Source: Candidatus Parcubacteria bacterium (GTDB taxonomy: Bacteria; Patescibacteriota; Patescibacteriia; Patescibacteriales; UBA12075). Taken from it: a stretch of DNA of 64,000 nucleotides. The translations under genes were made by a program, and so were the position numbers. A model generated the notes under the pieces. It was not told the origin of the DNA, searched no databases, and saw only the letters and a program-made list of their open reading frames with translations. Numbering within the stretch: the stretch's first letter is position 1; each line of letters starts with the position of its first letter. Location of the stretch: assembly GCA_002869165.1 (NCBI GenBank), contig PKTK01000006.1:2127-66126 (forward strand). Direction: 5' to 3'. Shown here piece by piece: positions 28,973 through 36,113 of this stretch.

Positions 28973-29251
28973 AGCCGAAACCGGGACTTGAACCCGGGAC
29001 CCCTTCCTTCGTTTACACCCTATTTTATATAACACATATATAGGGGCTAGACTGTATCTCAGACATATCCCTTCTTATCGGGACTTAGTCTCTCTTGTCA
29101 GTCGTTCGGGCGTATTGTTAATTGACGCCACGGTCTTAACCTTGTGTCAGGTCTTTAACCGTTATTCGAGATTCGATATCAGGTTTCCCTGATAAAGGGC
29201 AAGAGACAAACGTCTCACCATGGAAGTGCTCTACCACTGAGCTATTTCGGC
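28973..29251 (-). tRNA. tRNA-Thr(GGU), copy C, interrupted by a 207-nt intron
   Basis: Exon 1 (29251->29217) is GCCGAAA-TA-GCTC-AGTGGTA-GAGC-A-CTTCC-ATGGT. Exon 2 (29009->28973) is AA-GGAAG-GGGTC-CCGGG-TTCAAGT-CCCGG-TTTCGGC-T. All stems are Watson-Crick and no CCA is encoded. Confidence 0.8.
29010..29216 (-). ncRNA. group I-like self-splicing intron in the anticodon loop (between nt 36 and 37)
   Basis: The 5' exon ends in U and the intron ends in G. A P1-like hairpin forms as GGT|GAGAC-GTTT-GTCTC-TT-GCC, placing a U-G pair at the splice site. A P2-like hairpin is TATCAGG-GAAA-CCTGATA. GTCAATT and AGAGACTAAGTC resemble conserved group I core segments. Its size is similar to known bacterial tRNA introns of about 200 nt. 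Confidence 0.6.
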
Positions 29252-29271
29252 ATGTTTTAATTGTACAAAAT

Positions 29272-29296
29272 GATGTCCTTGATGTCCATGACGTCC
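29272..29296 (-). repeat. tandem GGACRTC-type repeats (cluster 3)
   Basis: The minus strand reads GGACGTCAT-GGACATCAA-GGACATC, between att junction B and tRNA copy C. Confidence 0.5.
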
Positions 29297-29381
29297 AGAG
29301 CCCGCGACCACTTTTGACATGGAGATGGTCACTACCTATACTTTCTTAGCTAGCCTTAGCTCAAACCACTAGACCACTTCT

Positions 29382-29419
29382 TTACCATGGTAGTGCTCTA
29401 CCAAGTGAGCTACATCGGC
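29382..29419 (-). tRNA. 5' half of the split tRNA-Thr(GGU), copy B
   Basis: The minus strand reads GCCGATG-TA-GCTC-ACTTGGTA-GAGC-A-CTACC-ATGGTAA, then non-tRNA sequence (AGAAGTGGTCTAGTGG...). Confidence 0.8.
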
Positions 29420-29535
29420 AAAAATATATAAATTTTACTAACTTTTTTATAATAGCCGATGACCCGTTCTTGTAGTGAACGAGTGCTATCTCCCATTTTG
29501 ACAGTAATGCTAGCTAAAACCACTAGACCTGTTTA

Positions 29536-29572
29536 TTACCATGGAAGTGCTCTACCACTGAGCTATATCGGC
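29536..29572 (-). tRNA. tRNA-Thr(GGU) 5' portion, copy A, with no matching 3' half in the window
   Basis: The minus strand reads GCCGATA-TA-GCTC-AGTGGTA-GAGC-A-CTTCC-ATGGTAA, then TAAACAGGTCTAGTGGTTT..., which is not a tRNA 3' half. Confidence 0.65.
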
Positions 29573-29585
29573 AATTTTTTTAAAG

Positions 29586-29640
29586 CAAAATGCAAAAATT
29601 AAAATCAAAATAATTTTTTGATTTTAATTTTTGCATTTTG
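29586..29640. repeat. perfect 25-bp inverted repeat with a 5-nt loop
   Basis: CAAAATGCAAAAATTAAAATCAAAA-taatt-TTTTGATTTTAATTTTTGCATTTTG, between the TPR gene stop and tRNA portion A. Confidence 0.8.
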
Positions 29641-29647
29641 ATATTTT

Positions 29648-30478
29648 CTATATTTCCTTTATTTTTTTATCAAATACCTCCAATTTCTTGTTTTCTGGAT
29701 TTACTTTTTTAAGGTTATCGAATGCATCTAAGGCGGTTGCTTTGTCTTTGTTTATTATACTTATTTCCAATTTCATGTCAAGGTATCTTGGGTTATTAGG
29801 CTCAGTTTTGGTGGCTGATTTAATATACTCCATTGCCTTGGAATATTCTTCATTGTCCTTGCTAATCTCAGCTAATTCAAAATTAATCGAAGAAAGAAAA
29901 TGAGGATCATTAGCTTGATCGTTGTTTTTTAATTTATTATCCTCAATCTCTGACTCATCTCTTTCGATCAGACGCAAAATATGTTCAAAAGTCTGCTTGG
30001 CTTCTCTGTATTGTTTTTTTTGTGCATACAATCTACCCAAACCTTTGAAAGCTTCTAGGTTTTGACTATCTTTACTGATTAGATCAATATATACTTTCTC
30101 TGCTTCTTCAAATTTCTCGTCCTTTACTAATTCCTCAGCTTGTTCGGTCATAGACAAAACTTTTTCCTCGCTAAGTTCGGTTTCTTCGGCTTCCTTATTA
30201 TAATTATCTTTGAATTCAAGTAATTTCTTGTATAATAAAGTAAAAAATGAACCAATATTCAAAATGACAGGCTTCATGTTATTTACAAATTTTGAATTGT
30301 AACGTATTACATTTCTTTTCAATCTATTGCTAATGATTTGCTCCTTGAATCTGGCTTCTTTTTCGGCTTGAATGGTCTCAACATCAAGTGAGGCTAAAAC
30401 TGAAAATTTCCTAACTACAATAATCATGATAGTCATCAGACTAGCTAAGATTATTAATAAAGGGATGATATTATACAT
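29648..30478 (-). CDS. membrane-anchored TPR-repeat protein
   Basis: 276 aa with an N-terminal TM helix and TPR-like helical pairs (e.g. LGRLYAQKKQYREAKQTFEHIL). Confidence 0.6.
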   Translation of the reverse strand: MYNIIPLLIILASLMTIMIIVVRKFSVLASLDVETIQAEKEARFKEQIISNRLKRNVIRYNSKFVNNMKPVILNIGSFFTLLYKKLLEFKDNYNKEAEETELSEEKVLSMTEQAEELVKDEKFEEAEKVYIDLISKDSQNLEAFKGLGRLYAQKKQYREAKQTFEHILRLIERDESEIEDNKLKNNDQANDPHFLSSINFELAEISKDNEEYSKAMEYIKSATKTEPNNPRYLDMKLEISIINKDKATALDAFDNLKKVNPENKKLEVFDKKIKEI

Positions 30479-30501
30479 AAATTTTTTTTATCCTCGCTTG
30501 T

Positions 30502-31377
30502 TTATGTCTTTATATTAGCTAATTTTACTTTGTCAGCACTACCAAGTATTTTCATATGCTCAATTGCCTTATTCTTCACGGCTTCAATACCAGGTCCAAG
30601 TAGGTGCCTAGGATCAGTATCTTTGGGATTATCTTTGCAATATTTCTTTACTGCATCAGTAAAACTTATTTTTATGTCAGAACAAATATTGATAATATTA
30701 ACTCCATTTTTAATTGATTCTTCAATCTTATTAACTTTCACACCAGAGCCTCCATGTAAAACAAAAGGAATTTTAGTGGCTGTTTTAATGCTTTTGAGTA
30801 AATCTATTAATATATCTTCATTGTCATACACCCCGTGAGCTGTCCCAACTGCAGCTGCGATAGTATCAACTCCGGTTTCTTTGACGAATTTAATTACCTC
30901 ATCCAATTCAGCTATAGGAATATCTTCGATCTTCCCACCGTTATCACCATGCCCTCCCATGATAGCCCCAACCTCCCCTTGCACCCACACATCTTTGTTG
31001 TGAGCTATTTCTACTACTTGTTTTGTTAAGGCAATATTCTCATCAAGTGGCAAATGTGAAGCATCAATATGAACTGATGAAAAACCAGCATTGATACAAC
31101 CAAGCACATAATCAAGCTTCTTGCCATGATCAAGATGTAGAGCAATCGGTACTTGAGTTGCTACATTTTTAGCTACAGTTGAAACTAAATGAGTTACTGG
31201 CTTTAGTCCCATATAGTCTATAGCTCCTTCACTCACCTGAATAATAGCTGGTGATTTGGCTTCTACCGCAGCTTGAGCAACTCCAAGAATTGACTCAAGA
31301 CCATGAACATTGAAAGCACCAACTGCATAACCTTGTTTTTCTGCCTCCTTAACAATATTTTTAATGTGATCTAACAT
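30502..31377 (-). CDS. fba: class II fructose-bisphosphate aldolase family
   Basis: 291 aa with GAFNV, IIQVSEGA, LHLDHG, HIDAS and HGGSG. Confidence 0.85.
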   Translation of the reverse strand: MLDHIKNIVKEAEKQGYAVGAFNVHGLESILGVAQAAVEAKSPAIIQVSEGAIDYMGLKPVTHLVSTVAKNVATQVPIALHLDHGKKLDYVLGCINAGFSSVHIDASHLPLDENIALTKQVVEIAHNKDVWVQGEVGAIMGGHGDNGGKIEDIPIAELDEVIKFVKETGVDTIAAAVGTAHGVYDNEDILIDLLKSIKTATKIPFVLHGGSGVKVNKIEESIKNGVNIINICSDIKISFTDAVKKYCKDNPKDTDPRHLLGPGIEAVKNKAIEHMKILGSADKVKLANIKT

Positions 31378-31394
31378 AAATCAATTTATATCTA

Positions 31395-32162
31395 CTATTT
31401 ATTAAACGATTTAATTACTTTGGCAAATTCCTCTGCGTTCAAACTAGCTCCACCCACCAACATACCATCGATATTTTCTAGGCCCAAGAATCCAACTACA
31501 TTACTGGAATTAATACTACCTCCATAGATTATTTGAAAATTTTCGTCTACTACATCTTTGCCAAACATATCATTTAGAGTTAAACGAATCACTTTGTGAG
31601 CATACTCAGCTTCAGCTGGCTCGATCGCAGTTCCTGATCCAATTGCCCAAATAGGCTCATAGGCAACAATTATTCTATCTCCTTGGCCGAATTTAAGCCC
31701 GCCCAAAGCCTGTTGCAACTGATCAAATAAAACAAAGTCTCTTCTGTCTGTTTTTCGCTCATCCCAATTTTCACCTATACAAACAACTGGTGTTACACCT
31801 TCTGTTTCTAAAACTAACTTGGTCTTTTTGTGAATCATTTCATAGTTCTCCATCATAAATTTTCGTCTCTCAGAATGACCAATAATAATGAATTCACAAC
31901 CCGCTTCCTTAAGCAACTGCGGTGAAATTTCTCCAGTATAGGCTCCTTGCTGTTCCCAAAAAGCATCCTGGCTACAAATTTTCAAACTAGTATCTTTTAA
32001 AATATCAGCTACATCACAAACAGATAAAAAATTTGGTGCCACAGCAATCTCAATCCCCTTTATTTCTTTCAAAGGATCAATTAAATCCTGAGCAAGTTGC
32101 TTTGACTCACTCAAACTTATTTTCATCTTCCAATTAGCTATGATTATTTTTTCTTTAGACAT
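31395..32162 (-). CDS. tpiA: triosephosphate isomerase
   Basis: 255 aa with IIANWKM, GHSERR, AYEPIWAIGSG and GGASL. Confidence 0.9.
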   Translation of the reverse strand: MSKEKIIIANWKMKISLSESKQLAQDLIDPLKEIKGIEIAVAPNFLSVCDVADILKDTSLKICSQDAFWEQQGAYTGEISPQLLKEAGCEFIIIGHSERRKFMMENYEMIHKKTKLVLETEGVTPVVCIGENWDERKTDRRDFVLFDQLQQALGGLKFGQGDRIIVAYEPIWAIGSGTAIEPAEAEYAHKVIRLTLNDMFGKDVVDENFQIIYGGSINSSNVVGFLGLENIDGMLVGGASLNAEEFAKVIKSFNK

Positions 32163-32333
32163 AGTTTTATACTAATAAAGTAAGACACAAATTAAAAAGA
32201 TACAAGCAACAACAAATTCTAATATTCAAATCAAAAAATTTATTCTACTTTTTTTATTATTACTAAAATATATTTATCAACTCTTTATTTTCTTGTTTTT
32301 TAGATTTATTTGTTTCTTGGATAATATTCTAAA

Positions 32334-33368
32334 TCACCATTTCCATTCATAATTCGCATAAACCCAATTAATCAAATGTTTAGTGTCTTCAAATCTATCA
32401 GCATGACCATGGCTCCCTAGAACTACTGTTATAACTCTTTTGTTTTGCAAATTTTCAAACATTGAAACAAAACAATATCCAGCGGCTCCCGTAAAACCAG
32501 TCTTGCCTCCCAATATTCTTATATCACCTTCCTCGAAATCATCAAGTAAAATGTCTGTACTTTTTACTGTTTTACTTTTTCCGCTCTTGGTAGTAAAAAC
32601 ATAAGACTCTCGGGAAACGCAATCTCTGATAGTTGGATTTCGCAACGCCTCACTAAGAAGAACTGATACTTCATAAGCTGTAGAAGTATTCCAAGAACTT
32701 AGACCGATCGGATCAACAAAGCTGGTTTTCTCCAAATCTAAAAAATCTGCTTTTTGATTCATTAGATCAACAAACTCTTCTTGAGTAAAACCACTAGCAC
32801 TGACTAGAGCTTGTGTAGCAGTATTTGCTGAAGCTACCAAACTAGCATATAAAAGATCTTTAAGTTTTACAACTTCACCTTGGTAAACATAAATTCTTCC
32901 TCCACTGATATGATCACTTGCTTGTATCTCATATTCACTATTCCAGTCAAGCCCAAGATCCATTAATACAAGCGCTGTGGCCAACTTAGTGATACTGGCT
33001 ATAGATCTCTCTTTGTCCTCAGCATAGGAATAAAGCACTTTCCCACTATTAACATCCAAAGCTAGAATACTGCCTGCTCCATGCGACAACTTGGATGTTT
33101 CCTCCTTTTTTTCTGGGGCAAAATTACTTTTATCTACTACTGGAAGGACATTATCTAATTCACTGATCTTTAAATAACTTTTTATTCGTTTTTCCTCATC
33201 CACTTCCTCACCAACTTCTTCAGAAACACCCAAGACTTTACCGTTTTCTTCTTCTAAAACTATTAATTTTGATTCATCTATTTCACTTCCAGGTATAAAA
33301 TGAATGATTGTCATGGCAGACACGACAAAAATAACTATTACTAGAATTAAATTTCTAATTATTTGCAT
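32334..33368 (-). CDS. D-alanyl-D-alanine carboxypeptidase (S11, PBP5-like)
   Basis: 344 aa with an N-terminal TM helix and the motifs SxxK (SITK), SxN (SAN) and KTG (GGKTGFT). Confidence 0.85.
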   Translation of the reverse strand: MQIIRNLILVIVIFVVSAMTIIHFIPGSEIDESKLIVLEEENGKVLGVSEEVGEEVDEEKRIKSYLKISELDNVLPVVDKSNFAPEKKEETSKLSHGAGSILALDVNSGKVLYSYAEDKERSIASITKLATALVLMDLGLDWNSEYEIQASDHISGGRIYVYQGEVVKLKDLLYASLVASANTATQALVSASGFTQEEFVDLMNQKADFLDLEKTSFVDPIGLSSWNTSTAYEVSVLLSEALRNPTIRDCVSRESYVFTTKSGKSKTVKSTDILLDDFEEGDIRILGGKTGFTGAAGYCFVSMFENLQNKRVITVVLGSHGHADRFEDTKHLINWVYANYEWKW

Positions 33369-33500
33369 GGGGATTTAAATAATTTTTAATTTTTTTAATT
33401 TTTTAATTTTTAAACAATTTCCAATTTTTTATTTTTCTAATTTCTAAACACCTTTCTCATCCCCTCCATTGTTATATTCCTTCTCATCTTCGCTCTCTTC

Positions 33501-34184
33501 CTAGTCATCATCATACTCTTCATTATCCTCATCATATTCTTCATTTTTTTCTTCTGCTTCTAAGTCTTCCTGAAGATCAACTTTTTTGATTTTAATATCT
33601 TTTTTTTCTTCTGTATTCTTTTCCTGTTTTTCTTCCTTCTTATTAACATTCTCATCTTCTAACATTCTATCAATGGAATCATCTTGCGATAATTTTTCAA
33701 AGTCAGGTAGTTCACTTACATCTGATATACCCAAAAATCTAACAAAATCCATGGTTACATTATAATAAGATTCATCTTTTTGTTTATCAACTTTCACCTC
33801 AACCAAACCTCTAAGCAAAAGATTACGCAAGATCAAAGAACAATTAACGCCTCTAATTCTGTCTAAATCTAATTTTGAAATCGGGCCTCGATAGGCAATG
33901 ATAGTCAAAGTCTCTAGGCTAGGCCTCGAAAGCTCACCGCTGGTTTCGTCTTGCAAGAATTCCTGAATCAGCTTGGCATTATCAGCTGAACTTACCATTT
34001 GAAACTTACTAGCATTCTTGATAATCTGAATTCCTTTTTTGGCTTCCTGATACTCTTTGACTAGATCCTCGCAAGCCTTCTTAACCTCCTCGTCATTTTT
34101 CTTTACAAACCCTGCCAATGCCTTCACGCTCATTGGTTTAGCGGAAATAAATAGCAGAGACTCGATTTTGGATTTTATACTCAT
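33501..34184 (-). CDS. scpB: segregation and condensation protein B
   Basis: 227 aa. IESLLFISAKPMSVKAL is a typical ScpB N-terminus. It lies downstream of scpA and has an acidic tail. Confidence 0.8.
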   Translation of the reverse strand: MSIKSKIESLLFISAKPMSVKALAGFVKKNDEEVKKACEDLVKEYQEAKKGIQIIKNASKFQMVSSADNAKLIQEFLQDETSGELSRPSLETLTIIAYRGPISKLDLDRIRGVNCSLILRNLLLRGLVEVKVDKQKDESYYNVTMDFVRFLGISDVSELPDFEKLSQDDSIDRMLEDENVNKKEEKQEKNTEEKKDIKIKKVDLQEDLEAEEKNEEYDEDNEEYDDD

Positions 34185-34198
34185 TATTTTAATCTTTT

Positions 34199-34295
34199 TG
34201 TCATTCCCGGCCGGAGCGAAGCAAAAGGGAAGGGAATCTCGTCAATTTATACTTCATGAGATCCCCTTCCCTCTCTTCGATCGCCGGGGATGACA
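34199..34295. repeat. 97-nt imperfect palindromic element with TGTCATyCC termini
   Basis: TGTCATTCCCGGCCGG...GGGAAGGGAATCTC / GAGATCCCCTTCCC...GCCGGGGATGACA fills the scpA-scpB gap. Confidence 0.75.
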
Positions 34296-34304
34296 AATAT
34301 TATT

Positions 34305-35009
34305 TTACCATCTCTCAAGGGTTATCTCTCCAAACAGTGCATCTTGCTCTAACTTTACTTCTCTCTGGCGCATCATTTCCAGCGCTGCCAAGAATGATAC
34401 TATTATTTCAGTTTTATTACTGGCGTTTTTAATTATTTTATTAAAGGAAAATTTTATTCGTTTAACTATCATTTCCTTGATGGAAAATATCTTGTCATCA
34501 ATATTTATCTTTTCATCTTCCATAGTCTTCTCCTCTAGTCTTTCTACAGGACGTAAACGAACCAAGAGACTTTCAAAAACTGCTTTCATATCATCAGCTT
34601 GGAGTTTTTTTGGCGGAGCAAAGGAATTCGTATTAGCCATTATAGCCTTGCGGTTGAACTCGCGTTCAAACATAAACTTTTTCTTGCCTATCATCTTCTC
34701 TACTTTTTTGGTGGCCTCAATGAATTCTTTGTACATCTTAAGCTGTTTTTCTAACTCTTCTAAATCCTCTTCTTCTTCAGGATAAAGATATGGAAGTAAA
34801 GCCTTGGACTTGGCAAGTAATAATTTTGCAGCAATAACCAAAAAATCAGCCATCTCTTCTGGATTGATGGTTTCGGCGCTTCTAATATACTCAACGTACT
34901 GGTCCGCGATCTTAGCCAAACTGATCTGCGTAATGTCCATTTCTTCCTTTTCAATTAATTTAAGCATTAGAGACAAAGGTCCCTCGAATTTTTCTAACTT
35001 TATATTCAT
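34305..35009 (-). CDS. scpA: segregation and condensation protein A
   Basis: 234 aa with FEGPLSLMLKLIEKEEMDITQISLAKIADQY. Confidence 0.85.
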   Translation of the reverse strand: MNIKLEKFEGPLSLMLKLIEKEEMDITQISLAKIADQYVEYIRSAETINPEEMADFLVIAAKLLLAKSKALLPYLYPEEEEDLEELEKQLKMYKEFIEATKKVEKMIGKKKFMFEREFNRKAIMANTNSFAPPKKLQADDMKAVFESLLVRLRPVERLEEKTMEDEKINIDDKIFSIKEMIVKRIKFSFNKIIKNASNKTEIIVSFLAALEMMRQREVKLEQDALFGEITLERW

Positions 35010-35212
35010 TTTATTTTTATTTCTCTCAAAAATGGTAACCGAAGATTTTAAGTGTTATGTTTTACTGTTTACATCTTTAACTCTCCTGTCTGCCGAACAG
35101 GCAGGCCTCCCCGCTTTCACGGTGCTCTTAGAAGGGGAGAATTTTTATGGATAATTTTAAAAATTGGGGATTTTACACGGGGATGTGAGTAATCCACATA
35201 CTATAAATTATA

Positions 35213-36109
35213 CTATATTTTGGATTTTTTTACCAATGCTATTTTAGCCCCTAAATCAAAGTACTTACTAAAAACATAAAACTCAAAAGCTAAAATAATA
35301 CCTAAAATTACAAGCAAAACTACATCTCTATAAAGTCCAGCCCAAAATAAGCCAAATATAGAGAATAAATGCAAAAAATACCTAATATTAAACAAGCCAA
35401 AACTTTTGTTTTCTTGTTGATTTTTATTTATCCTAAAATTATAAACACCTAATATTAGGAAAATAAGAAAAATTATTATACTTAAATAATACTGTCCTAC
35501 TAGTGACAAGGCTAAAATATATTTTAACTTGTACAAAGACCACATTATGGCTAAAAATAGCAAAAATGACACTATCGGCACGAATATATACAAAATTCTG
35601 GCTAATGAGCTTCGAATTCGCTCTTTTTGTACTAAATATAATCTATCCCAAACAAATATAAATGAAAAAGGTAAAATCAGCCAGCCTAAATAATTAGAAG
35701 CCGGCACACCATAAAACCCTTCACCATTCTCAAAACCTATCCAAGTCCAAAGATTCATTTTGACTGCAACCACATCCATTATAATATCTAGCACCAAAAC
35801 ATAGATTGGTGTTAGAAACAGTAACTGCCTTTTGGAATCAGTTACTTTCTTTATGATATTGTAAGCAGAATAAACAATACAAGTCCAGAACAAAATAATA
35901 AACAAAGGTGTTTCAAACAAAAAAACATAAAATCCTTGATTATAAAAATATCCGCCTTCTTGTCCGGCAAACATAACAATGCTCAGATTCTCAACCAATG
36001 AAACAAATAAAAATAGCAAAAACAGGAATCCTAAATTAGAATTCCTGTAAGCATGAGATAAATAATATGCAAAAATTACCAATGATGATAGCTCTAAAAA
36101 TACAAACAT
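35213..36109 (-). CDS. polytopic membrane protein, unknown function
   Basis: 298 aa with about 8 hydrophobic helices. It starts 4 nt after the giant gene's stop. Confidence 0.6.
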   Translation of the reverse strand: MFVFLELSSLVIFAYYLSHAYRNSNLGFLFLLFLFVSLVENLSIVMFAGQEGGYFYNQGFYVFLFETPLFIILFWTCIVYSAYNIIKKVTDSKRQLLFLTPIYVLVLDIIMDVVAVKMNLWTWIGFENGEGFYGVPASNYLGWLILPFSFIFVWDRLYLVQKERIRSSLARILYIFVPIVSFLLFLAIMWSLYKLKYILALSLVGQYYLSIIIFLIFLILGVYNFRINKNQQENKSFGLFNIRYFLHLFSIFGLFWAGLYRDVVLLVILGIILAFEFYVFSKYFDLGAKIALVKKSKI

Positions 36110-36113
36110 ATGT

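Larger units (their letters stand above)
8125..29381. mobile_element. integrative element of about 21.26 kb inserted in the anticodon loop of tRNA-Thr copy B
   Basis: It is bounded by the two halves of one tRNA, with ATGGTAA duplicated at both junctions. It contains integrases, helicase-like, FtsK-like and ArdC-like genes, a type I R-M operon and its own tRNA-Thr. Confidence 0.7.
1..29535. mobile_element. putative outer element (partial) behind tRNA-Thr 5' portion A; left end outside the window
   Basis: The junction after 5' half A shares a 13-nt block, at the same 6-nt offset, with the junction after 5' half B. The region contains the tRNA B-terminator-integrase module, terL and another integrase. 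No matching 3' half was found in the window. Confidence 0.35.

Noticed and set aside
8083-29419. The split halves as a functional trans-joined split tRNA of the Nanoarchaeum type.
   Set aside because: I see no complementary leader/trailer segments after the 5' half (AGAAGTGGTCTAG...) or before the 3' half (...CAAGCCAAATTG) that could bring the halves together. The intervening DNA is plainly a mobile element, and an intact copy C exists.
29455-29572. tRNA portion A read as a complete tRNA with a short (about 43 nt) intron. GGGAG could pair with CTTCC, and the region ends in CATCGGC.
   Set aside because: The putative T-arm would be an 8-bp stem with the loop ACTACAA and no T-loop consensus. 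The acceptor would carry an A-C mismatch. 43 nt is too short for a group I intron. The sequence after the loop is homologous to the non-tRNA junction after copy B.
35084-35138. Hairpins between scpA and the upstream membrane-protein gene (CCTGTCT-GCCGAAC-AGGCAGG, and CTCCCC...GGGGAG followed by AATTTTT on the plus strand), considered as a small RNA or SRP-like RNA.
   Set aside because: No conserved ncRNA motifs were recognised and the stems are short. They are most simply intergenic terminator or attenuator structures, and I cannot support more from sequence alone.
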